This document shows positions 25,799 to 32,922 of a DNA stretch of 34,343 nt, piece after piece; the stretch's first letter is position 1; every line of letters begins with the position of its first letter. The notes under the pieces were generated by a model, which saw only the letters and a list, made by a program, of their open reading frames with translations, searched no databases and had not been told where the DNA came from. Location of the stretch: the sequence record BK067790.1; one strand, 5' to 3'. The position numbers and the translations under genes were made by a program.

Positions 25799-26084
25799 AT
25801 CCCCTAAGTCCGTCACGTTTTTCGTACAAACTTTCAATCCATTCCTTGTCAGTCAGGATTTCATCACCTGTCATTTCATAATGTGTCAGAATTATGGAAG
25901 AACAGTCTAGGCATTTACCTACTAGATTTCCATAACCCCCGTCAAATCCTGAAGCATTACTTTTTGAATGGAAACTTACCATTCTATGATTACAGTCTTT
26001 AGGGTCTTGCAACTCACCAAGTATCGCATTGATTATTGTCTTTGCTTCAGACTCGGAAGCCTTACGGATTTGTGGTTCACTCAT
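25770..26084 (-). CDS. hypothetical protein with C/H...CxxC
   Basis: GAGGAC SD before ATG 26084 (MSEPQ). Confidence 0.7.
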   Translation of the reverse strand: MSEPQIRKASESEAKTIINAILGELQDPKDCNHRMVSFHSKSNASGFDGGYGNLVGKCLDCSSIILTHYEMTGDEILTDKEWIESLYEKRDGLRGYGWYEKDIS

Positions 26085-26235
26085 TGTGTACGTCCTCAAC
26101 AAAACAACCAGCACATAGATACACGTTACCATCAACAAAAGATATTTCTTTGTTTTTTGGCAACTTTGTAACTATGTATCTGTGACCTATCCCTATCGGA
26201 TTTTCACAGTTGTCGCAGTATAGTGAGGACTTCAT
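26077..26235 (-). CDS. Zn-ribbon micro-protein (52 aa)
   Basis: MKSSLYCDNCENPIGIG...YLCAGCFVEDVHNE*; overlaps both neighbours. Not in the ORF track. Confidence 0.7.
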   Translation of the reverse strand: MKSSLYCDNCENPIGIGHRYIVTKLPKNKEISFVDGNVYLCAGCFVEDVHNE

Positions 26236-26432
26236 GGGGTGTCAGTCCATTCAGCGTATTTTTCTACATAGTCAGGGTCTTTTACATTCCACTTTGAAAC
26301 ATATTGTTCGTTGGTGGAATTATCAATGTAGTAAATCCATTCACCCATTCTAATGTATGCTACTTCGTCATTACGAATGTCAAGATTTATTGACTGTTTG
26401 TTTACCTTGACTTCCATTTTTATTGGCTTCAT
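26232..26432 (-). CDS. hypothetical protein
   Basis: ATGA-coupled in the leftward array. Confidence 0.7.
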   Translation of the reverse strand: MKPIKMEVKVNKQSINLDIRNDEVAYIRMGEWIYYIDNSTNEQYVSKWNVKDPDYVEKYAEWTDTP

Positions 26433-26743
26433 TGGTGTTCAATTCCTTTTGCTTCGTCTTTGTCTGAATACATTCTAGTGAATATGACTTCAAGTTTTGT
26501 AGGACTTCCGTCTTTGTCAAAGCTGACATAAACGGGATATTCCCCGTCACCCCAGTTGGTGAACGTTGCAACACCTGAAAACTTTTCACTAGGCAAGTTG
26601 TCAATGTTTGCACAAAAGTCACCCCACTTTGATTCGTCATACAGTTCAGGGTGGTGCTTGATGTAACAAGGGTCACCAACCCATACCAGTCCAGCGTCAA
26701 CTGAAACTGAACCTACACAGTATCTGCCTTTTTTGACAGTCAT
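26429..26743 (-). CDS. DUF4241-like viral protein
   Basis: VGSVSVDAGLVWVGDPCY...TNWGDGEYPVY motif pair. Confidence 0.65.
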   Translation of the reverse strand: MTVKKGRYCVGSVSVDAGLVWVGDPCYIKHHPELYDESKWGDFCANIDNLPSEKFSGVATFTNWGDGEYPVYVSFDKDGSPTKLEVIFTRMYSDKDEAKGIEHQ

Positions 26744-26895
26744 TGTTTCAAGCCCTCAACTTTCAAACATTCTTCACAAAGTATCTCACCTTTTTTGTTT
26801 TCAAAATACACGAAAGAAAGTACATTACATACTTTACAAACATAGTTTTTTGCAAACATTTGTAGGCTATTTTCTTTTTTTATAAAGTCGTTCAT
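26740..26895 (-). CDS. Zn-ribbon micro-protein (51 aa)
   Basis: MNDFIKK...VCKVC...ILCEECLKVEGLKQ*; ATGA coupling at both ends. Confidence 0.7.
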   Translation of the reverse strand: MNDFIKKENSLQMFAKNYVCKVCNVLSFVYFENKKGEILCEECLKVEGLKQ

Positions 26896-27113
26896 AAGTC
26901 CTCAATCCTTAGACCGTCTTTCAATATCAAGTCGGGGTGAGGTCTTTCTATCCCATATTTTTCAACTTGTTCTTTCATTCGCCATAAAACCCCACTAAAT
27001 ATTTCATTAAACATTTGATAGCCGTTAGCTTGATTTTCAGCTACGTTGTCTAATCGGGCTTTAGCTTCTTGTAAGGTTTCCATATAGTCACGAATGTCGT
27101 ATATGTCTGTCAT
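26892..27113 (-). CDS. hypothetical protein
   Basis: ATGA-coupled; junction motif upstream. Confidence 0.7.
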   Translation of the reverse strand: MTDIYDIRDYMETLQEAKARLDNVAENQANGYQMFNEIFSGVLWRMKEQVEKYGIERPHPDLILKDGLRIEDL

Positions 27114-27316
27114 TGTTTCAAGCCCTCATCTTTTACTGCCTTTATTGCAGTATTGAATCTTTCAGACCCCATACTTTCTTCTAACATTTTACCGATTTCA
27201 TCAGCTTCATTGAATATTTCATCAAGTGAAACTGATTCACCTCTAGCCTGTCTTTCATCTATCTTTCTTTTGGACATTATTTTGTCCCCTTTTTCCATGA
27301 TTTCATCATAGGTCAT
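27110..27316 (-). CDS. hypothetical protein
   Basis: ATGA-coupled; ends EGLKQ. Confidence 0.7.
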   Translation of the reverse strand: MTYDEIMEKGDKIMSKRKIDERQARGESVSLDEIFNEADEIGKMLEESMGSERFNTAIKAVKDEGLKQ

Positions 27317-27645
27317 TGTCTAGCCTCAACTTTTTTCATATATGCAAGTATCTCTTCCAACTCATTTATTGAAAAATGTGTTGTGCTTACAATATGTTTT
27401 GGTTTTGCTTTAGACGTTAATTTTGTTGGTAGTTTTCCGTATGACTTGATTTGGAAGTTAAAGCTTGTACTTCCATTCATACCAGATTGACTACAATAGA
27501 TTCTAATCATTGAACCGTCTTGATTAGCGTATTCTAGCCAATTATCTACTGCGTCTTTATCTACTTCGATTGCTTTACAAAATGGTTTGTCTATTAATAA
27601 ATCACCCATTCTTGTATCGGCACTTTTTACGATATGAGTTTTCAT
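27313..27645 (-). CDS. hypothetical protein
   Basis: ATGA-coupled. Confidence 0.7.
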   Translation of the reverse strand: MKTHIVKSADTRMGDLLIDKPFCKAIEVDKDAVDNWLEYANQDGSMIRIYCSQSGMNGSTSFNFQIKSYGKLPTKLTSKAKPKHIVSTTHFSINELEEILAYMKKVEARQ

Positions 27646-27839
27646 TGTGTTCTGTCCTCACAATTCTCATGCCAAACTAACTGCATTGAAATTTTTTCCA
27701 ACACTTCTTTTGGTATGTCTTTGTCTTTGATAGGTTCCTTACAATAGCAACATGAATAACCTAGTCCATATTGTTCTGACATTTTTGCTTCGTTACTTTC
27801 ATCAGATTGAACGAATTGATTTTGGTTTTTGTTTTCCAT
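27642..27839 (-). CDS. Zn-binding protein, first gene of a leftward operon
   Basis: CCYC...WHENC; TTTAATA about 23 nt upstream. Confidence 0.7.
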   Translation of the reverse strand: MENKNQNQFVQSDESNEAKMSEQYGLGYSCCYCKEPIKDKDIPKEVLEKISMQLVWHENCEDRTQ

Positions 27840-27902
27840 GATTAGTAATTATTGTACTAGGTATTAAATGTATAGTTTTCTATGGGAAATAGCATAAATA
27901 CT

Positions 27903-27962
27903 TTAGGGTTGATTTGGTTCTTTTGGCTTACATTTTGTACAAACATGATAGCGTTTTGTCAT
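27903..27962 (-). CDS. possible 19-aa peptide
   Basis: MTKRYHVCTKCKPKEPNQP*; starts 3 nt after the upstream stop. Confidence 0.3.
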   Translation of the reverse strand: MTKRYHVCTKCKPKEPNQP

Positions 27963-27965
27963 GTG

Positions 27966-28106
27966 TTAATATCGTGCAGAACGGATATAAGATTTTCCTG
28001 AAACACCAGCCATGCCGTAATGGCACAATGCACATTCATTATTTGAAGTCCAACAATGTCTAGGCTTACGACATTTCTGGGTCTTTTTACAAGTCTTACA
28101 CCTCAT
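27966..28106 (-). CDS. Zn-binding micro-protein (46 aa), paralog of 22495..22611
   Basis: MRCKTCKKTQKCRKPRHCWTSNNECALCHYGMAG...; ATGA coupling. Confidence 0.7.
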   Translation of the reverse strand: MRCKTCKKTQKCRKPRHCWTSNNECALCHYGMAGVSGKSYIRSARY

Positions 28107-28309
28107 AATTCTAAACGCCTACGCCTTGCAATAGTATTCTTTGCACGTTTAGATAATTTTACACCACAGCAAGGACACCAAATCCCTTCATACTTTATGA
28201 ACAAACAACATTTTGCACATTTTTTATATGGTGTATTTGCCAAATTTCTCACGACTTTTTTATGTTCGTATTCAGGTTTTAGACAAACATTCTTGCAAAC
28301 TAAAGTCAT
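28103..28309 (-). CDS. Thaumarchaeota-type CPCCG Zn-ribbon protein
   Basis: CKNVC...KKCAKCCLFIKYEGIWCPCCGVKL resembles the small conserved Nitrososphaeria family with KRC..C..FI.WDG..CPCCG..LR (recalled, unverified). Confidence 0.75.
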   Translation of the reverse strand: MTLVCKNVCLKPEYEHKKVVRNLANTPYKKCAKCCLFIKYEGIWCPCCGVKLSKRAKNTIARRRRLEL

Positions 28310-28698
28310 TTCCTACGCTTCCTTTTTTTCTTAGGTGCTGGTTGTGAGCTGAAAGCTTGAATTAATGCAAGTGTTCCTACTGCTATTTCGCCCATTACAT
28401 GACCAGTTTTTTTAAGGATTTGAATCTTACGTTCTTTAGACTTTCTTTTTCTTTCGATTTCGATTTCTTCTTTTGTTTGAAAGTCTGTTAAAATTACGTT
28501 GTATTTTTTGCACATAACTTCTTGAATGTTTCTTATTTCCCATGTGAAATTATGATTCGTGCTGTCAAAATGGTCACAAATTTTATCTTTGTCACCTGTT
28601 TCAAAGTCACATTCTAAACAGACACCAAGAACTATATCAGTATTAAAATTAGACCATTCTTTCATAGTGTATTTGCGAATATATCTCATATTTTGCAC
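28306..28698 (-). CDS. hypothetical protein with CxxC/H motif and basic tail
   Basis: CLECDF...CDHF; ends KKKRKRRK; the true start may be ATG 28689. Confidence 0.7.
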   Translation of the reverse strand: MQNMRYIRKYTMKEWSNFNTDIVLGVCLECDFETGDKDKICDHFDSTNHNFTWEIRNIQEVMCKKYNVILTDFQTKEEIEIERKRKSKERKIQILKKTGHVMGEIAVGTLALIQAFSSQPAPKKKRKRRK

Positions 28699-28868
28699 CC
28701 ATTTTTCTTACTATGGTTTACCAATTCAATGTATAATTCATCTTGAATTTTTCTAATATGTTCTGTTAGTTCAGGACTTAACATATTTTCCAATTCCATT
28801 AAATCGTTTAAATGACCCCTTGCCAATTTTATACGATTAGTTACTGCATACTTGCCAATTTTTTTCAT
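28686..28868 (-). CDS. hypothetical protein
   Basis: ATGA-coupled. Confidence 0.65.
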   Translation of the reverse strand: MKKIGKYAVTNRIKLARGHLNDLMELENMLSPELTEHIRKIQDELYIELVNHSKKNGCKI

Positions 28869-29449
28869 CTTAAAGTTTCCCTAAACATTTTGAATACAGT
28901 TTCATCTAATGGCTTAGATGTTTGGGTTAGTTCATCAAATATTTGATTATGTATTTGGTCATATTTTTGATTATACCTGTAAAGTCTTGTCCTCATTATA
29001 TCTTCATAAAACTCATGTACTCTATCACCCATATATTCACCATCATCATCTTTGACAATATCAAGTTCTATGTAATTTTTATGTCGTGGATCATGATAGT
29101 CAATTAAATGAACTTCTTTTGTGTCACCGAACTGGTCTCTTGCAACATCAAATATTGTACAGTTTCCAGTCCTAACCCACATATGCTGTCTTCCAGTCCC
29201 ATGTCCTGTAAGATGAATACCCTTAACTAAGCTCCAGCTTTCTTGCCAGCCACCTAATTTATTGTATAGTGATTCGTTACTTATTCCACAATGCCTCACA
29301 AATTTTCTTCCGTTGGACTTGAAGATTTGTGTTTTTTTATCATAAGTTCTATTTTTTATATTTTCAGAACTTAAAAATAATGAACCATGCATTATTTCAT
29401 CATAGTCTAAATAATATTCCTCATCTTGATAGACAATGCATTGAATCAT
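28865..29449 (-). CDS. hypothetical protein (194 aa)
   Basis: ATGA-coupled, junction motif. Confidence 0.75.
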   Translation of the reverse strand: MIQCIVYQDEEYYLDYDEIMHGSLFLSSENIKNRTYDKKTQIFKSNGRKFVRHCGISNESLYNKLGGWQESWSLVKGIHLTGHGTGRQHMWVRTGNCTIFDVARDQFGDTKEVHLIDYHDPRHKNYIELDIVKDDDGEYMGDRVHEFYEDIMRTRLYRYNQKYDQIHNQIFDELTQTSKPLDETVFKMFRETLR

Positions 29450-29643
29450 CTTAAAGTCCTCACGGTTTCGTCCTTGTATTCTAAGGTCTTTTCAACCCAG
29501 CCCAATATCAAGTCCATTGAATCAAGGTGTTTCTTCATGGCTTCTTTAGCTTCAAAATCTGTTTCTATATCGTACAGTTGAGACCATGAATCAAACAAGT
29601 CAAGGTTTAATTTGTACAAATTTTCCAAGTCTTTGTCGTTCAT
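29446..29643 (-). CDS. hypothetical protein
   Basis: ATGA-coupled, junction motif. Confidence 0.7.
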   Translation of the reverse strand: MNDKDLENLYKLNLDLFDSWSQLYDIETDFEAKEAMKKHLDSMDLILGWVEKTLEYKDETVRTLR

Positions 29644-29750
29644 TTTTCCAAGTCCTCATGGCTTTTTTCATGGGTGTTTTTGTTTGTGGTTCGGGTAAAC
29701 TGTTTACCACAATACCAACATTTAGGACTGTCCGAATTATATAATGTCAT
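29640..29750 (-). CDS. C2H2 Zn-finger micro-protein (36 aa)
   Basis: MTLYNSDSPKCWYCGKQFTRTTNKNTHEKSHEDLEK*; junction motifs at both ends. Not in the ORF track. Confidence 0.75.
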   Translation of the reverse strand: MTLYNSDSPKCWYCGKQFTRTTNKNTHEKSHEDLEK

Positions 29751-29938
29751 TGGTTCAAGTCCTCACCAATCGCCTTTTTATGACATTGCCAACATTCCCA
29801 ATCAGAATATAAACCTACTTTATTTCCACAATCGCACCATAAATTATATTCTGGACAATCATCATTTGTCCATTCATCAATCTCTTTTTTTGTATATGGA
29901 ATTTTTGCATATTCTATCTGTTCTTTTTCAGTAATCAT
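29747..29938 (-). CDS. Cys-rich small protein
   Basis: C..Y.LWCDC...ECWQCH; ends EDLNQ. Confidence 0.7.
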   Translation of the reverse strand: MITEKEQIEYAKIPYTKKEIDEWTNDDCPEYNLWCDCGNKVGLYSDWECWQCHKKAIGEDLNQ

Positions 29939-30309
29939 TTTTCCAAGTCCTCATTTTGTGCAATTTCTTTTTCAGTAAATCCAAGTTGCAAAAGAACATC
30001 TTTTAATTGCTCTTTTTCTTCTTCAAATATTTCATCAAAGTATTCATCATTACTATCGGATTCAATACCCCATAAACCACCTGAACTAATTGTTTGACTT
30101 ATGCCATTTATTCGGATTTCAGCTACAGCTTGAATCCCTACAAAATGCCATTCATTGTTATAATATGCTTCAAGTCTTTTTTTATCTTGTTTGGCATTTT
30201 GACGTTCATCAGGGTTTTTTGAGTTTATATCACATTGTTGTAAATATGATATATCCCCAACATCATCATCAGTTTGTTGACAACTTATTGATTCGATTTT
30301 TTTAGTCAT
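29935..30309 (-). CDS. acidic viral hypothetical protein
   Basis: W.FVGI.A...SGGLWGIESD motif seen in phage/plasmid hypotheticals; ends EDLEK. Confidence 0.75.
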   Translation of the reverse strand: MTKKIESISCQQTDDDVGDISYLQQCDINSKNPDERQNAKQDKKRLEAYYNNEWHFVGIQAVAEIRINGISQTISSGGLWGIESDSNDEYFDEIFEEEKEQLKDVLLQLGFTEKEIAQNEDLEK

Positions 30310-30599
30310 TGGTTCAAGTCCCCCATTAACCTAGATTTCATCTTTTTTGTGGCGATAGGTTTTGCCAATTTGTAGAAAACTAAAACATTATGACAGATAT
30401 CTTTTTTCTGTTTGTCTGTCAAGTGTTCGGTTTTCTGAACTGAAGAAATCTGACTTTCACAGCCTCTCAAAAAGTTGTCGATTTCTTCAAAGTCCAAACT
30501 GTTAAAGAGTTTTTTATACTCTTTTACAGTTGGCAGTTTGTCAATATTTCCTACTTCATACTGGCTTATCTGATTTAACAGATAAATGATTAAGGGCAT
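30306..30599 (-). CDS. hypothetical protein
   Basis: Coupled; ends GDLNQ. Confidence 0.7.
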   Translation of the reverse strand: MPLIIYLLNQISQYEVGNIDKLPTVKEYKKLFNSLDFEEIDNFLRGCESQISSVQKTEHLTDKQKKDICHNVLVFYKLAKPIATKKMKSRLMGDLNQ

Positions 30600-30877
30600 T
30601 AGTTCAAGCCCTCACTTTTTGCACAAAAATTGTCTTCTTGCATGGTCTTTAGACCATTGTCCTCTTTTTCCATTCTGATAAAGTTTAACTTCATCAAAAG
30701 TCCTGATAAAGTTATTTTTCTATCAGCCATGAATCGCCCTTTATCATCTATATCAGGGGTTTCTTTAATCCATGTATCAACTATTTTTATCAGTTCGTTT
30801 AACTGACTTAGTGATAGATGAGAAGCATTATTTTTAATAATGCCTCTCAAAGTCTGGACGTTTTTTGTATAACTCAT
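30599..30877 (-). CDS. hypothetical protein
   Basis: Start MSYTKN (30877) follows a GGGGGA SD-like run; ends EGLN. Confidence 0.7.
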   Translation of the reverse strand: MSYTKNVQTLRGIIKNNASHLSLSQLNELIKIVDTWIKETPDIDDKGRFMADRKITLSGLLMKLNFIRMEKEDNGLKTMQEDNFCAKSEGLN

Positions 30878-30878
30878 T

Positions 30879-31478
30879 TTATACAGTCCCCCTGATGAAA
30901 TGTTCTTCATCATCAAACAGTTTTTTCCCTAAACCATAGGTAAAATTATGGTAAGGATTAGCGTCCAATACACCATATTTGAAATCTAAGCATTTCAAGG
31001 CTATGTTGTAAGGCTTACCGTCAATTATTACAAAAAACGTGTAATAATTTTTGTTTTTGTTTTCGTGTGGAACTTCATAAAGTATAGTCCCTTTTGGCAG
31101 TTTCATTAAAACTGCTAAAGTTTCCAGTTCATTCCAAAATAAACCAGCTTCTTTCATTCTTTTCTCGTTTATGTCTGTGATTTCATTCCCTTGTTTTGAC
31201 AATGAACCCCATTCATAATGTGAGCAGATTAAATTATGCTCATCTTCACAGGCACTTTTTAAGATACTCAAAATATGATGGTGTCTTAAATTGTCCCCAT
31301 TAGCCAAGTCTGTTATCTTCTTAATTTTCAAGGCTTTTTTACAGGCTTTAATTCTGTCAGAAAATACAGTTGGTGCGATACCCTCATATTTTTTAGATAA
31401 TTCAGTATGCATTTTTGTTTTTTCTTTTGAATTATGTTCTAACCACACAGAATTTGAATTTGTTTCTATATGATTCAT
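30879..31478 (-). CDS. hypothetical protein (199 aa)
   Basis: ATGA-coupled, junction motif upstream. Confidence 0.75.
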   Translation of the reverse strand: MNHIETNSNSVWLEHNSKEKTKMHTELSKKYEGIAPTVFSDRIKACKKALKIKKITDLANGDNLRHHHILSILKSACEDEHNLICSHYEWGSLSKQGNEITDINEKRMKEAGLFWNELETLAVLMKLPKGTILYEVPHENKNKNYYTFFVIIDGKPYNIALKCLDFKYGVLDANPYHNFTYGLGKKLFDDEEHFIRGTV

Positions 31479-31816
31479 TTTAACAAGTCCCTCACTAAAC
31501 CAATTAATTTTTCTCTTTGTGCTTCGGTTATTGGTTCATCATTGTTCATTTTGTAAACTTTTGTTTTTTTGTCAAAACTAAACAATTTTTCCTTACTAGG
31601 ACATTGTTTGTTTAATACTGCCTTCCATACTGGACACGAAGCCCAATTATATCCTATTTTTGTAGGGTATAATTCCATCATTCTTTTTTGTATGTTGGGT
31701 TTAGAATCTTCAAAGTTTTCAGATTCACAAATTGCTCGTAAAAAGTGAGCTTGAAATTCTTCTTTCATTGTTGGTTTAACTGCTATTATGCAGTTTTCAA
31801 TTTCTTGGAGATTCAA
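31475..31816 (-). CDS. hypothetical protein
   Basis: TTG start overlapping the upstream TGA. Confidence 0.7.
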   Translation of the reverse strand: MNLQEIENCIIAVKPTMKEEFQAHFLRAICESENFEDSKPNIQKRMMELYPTKIGYNWASCPVWKAVLNKQCPSKEKLFSFDKKTKVYKMNNDEPITEAQREKLIGLVRDLLK

Positions 31817-32052
31817 TTTTCAATTCCCCATTCTTGTAGATTCTCTATTTCATCAAGCCATTCCTGTAAAATTTGGCATGGGTTTCTTCGTGCGTACATG
31901 ATGTTATCATGTCTAATATCTGAATTATCCCTAATTAACCAGTCAAGGTTTAACTCTAAAGATATACCTTGTTCGGCTTGTTCTATGTATTCTATCTGCT
32001 CTTTGAAATCATCTTTTAATTCCTTCAATGCTTGTTTTTGTTCAGGATTCAA
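31813..32052 (-). CDS. hypothetical protein
   Basis: TTG start immediately after the upstream TAA; GAGGGG SD. Confidence 0.7.
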   Translation of the reverse strand: MNPEQKQALKELKDDFKEQIEYIEQAEQGISLELNLDWLIRDNSDIRHDNIMYARRNPCQILQEWLDEIENLQEWGIEN

Positions 32053-32211
32053 TTAGAAACCCCTCACAAAATTGGTACTAATTCTTTCTATTTCTTTTGC
32101 TATTTTTGAGGCTGTGAAAAAATCGCCTGTAACAATAGCTATTCTAGCCTTATCGGCTAACCGTGTCAATGTTTCGGTATCTTGAAACATTTGTGTTTGT
32201 TGTGTTTTCAT
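32053..32211 (-). CDS. first gene of the main leftward operon (52 aa)
   Basis: MKTQQTQMFQDTETLTRLADKARIAIVTGDFFTASKIAKEIERISTNFVRGF*; TTAATTAA about 22 nt upstream. Not in the ORF track. Confidence 0.7.
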   Translation of the reverse strand: MKTQQTQMFQDTETLTRLADKARIAIVTGDFFTASKIAKEIERISTNFVRGF

Positions 32212-32260
32212 GATTAGTATAGAAACGTATAGTTAATTAACTTTTCAGTCGTTACTTATA

Positions 32261-32820
32261 CCCCCCCTATTTCCAGTCCAGTCATAAAATTAGACTTTGT
32301 ATTTTCTAAAAATATCATGGTATTTTTTCGGAAGTACATCAATTTAATCAAATTACCATATCATTTTTTGATAAAGTCCATGTCAATATTATTTTAGTAA
32401 TTGGTTTAGATTTCTTAACTTCTAAATTATGTTTTACAGATAACCAAACTTTGAACCCCAAATAGTCACAAATCAATAAAATCAATCAATTTCATTTCTA
32501 TTGTCTAATATTGATAATAGCATGGGCTTCTCTATATATGGGCGTGGGTGTGCCTGATACATATTAGCCATAAGGTGCGATTTTCAAAATCCTGTATAGA
32601 TTAGTTATTTTTGAAAATAAAAAAAATTTAATCAACTTTCTTTAATCATTCTGTCAAGTATTATTATTTTGACTGGAAATATAGGTGCTATATAAAAAGC
32701 CTAGTGCACAGTCTGGACTGGAAATATAGGTGGCATGATTTCAATATTTCATAACTGGAGTGGAAACAAGGGGGGTTTATATTATGACTAAGCCCACGAC
32801 TGGAGTGGAAATGGGGGTTT
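32261..32820. promoter_or_regulatory. candidate replication origin: ORB-like repeats with G-strings flanking an AT-rich tract
   Basis: Four (C/G)TGGAAA-core repeats on + (cores at 32674, 32719, 32761, 32806; spacing 45/42/45) and one inverted copy at 32261-32283; AT-rich 32290-32670 between them. Confidence 0.6.
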
Positions 32821-32922
32821 TTTTGGACTCACCAATTCTTATCGGGTCTAAGCCATGCAACGGACTTTTATGTACAAAATCTTATAACAGTCCATTTATG
32901 TACAAAGTTAGGGTGATATGCT

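Larger units (their letters stand above)
26739..31494 (-). repeat. dispersed gene-junction repeat family, consensus TGAGG(A/G)CTT(G)(A/G)A(A/C)(A/C)AATGA
   Basis: Exact pairs: 26739-26758 = 27109-27128 (20 bp); 29640-29659 = 29935-29954 (20 bp); 29746-29762 = 30305-30321 (17 bp); 28865-28876 = 29446-29457 (12 bp). Variants at 26892, 27642, 30597 and 31475. Confidence 0.9.

Noticed and set aside
17714-30916. Several track start codons (17714, 18726, 22553, 25837, 26138, 30916)
   Set aside because: Upstream extensions overlap real coupled micro-ORFs; downstream ATGs with SD or ATGA coupling are more consistent.
32348-32485. 45-codon TTG-started minus-strand ORF in the AT-rich tract
   Set aside because: No SD or TATA at the proper spacing, no coupling and no motif; plausible by chance in AT-rich DNA.
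32671-32820. Regularly spaced repeats (~45 bp period) as a mini-CRISPR array
   Set aside because: Only four degenerate units of two types with short identical cores (13-17 bp), an inverted copy elsewhere and no cas genes; ORB/operator-like explanations fit better.
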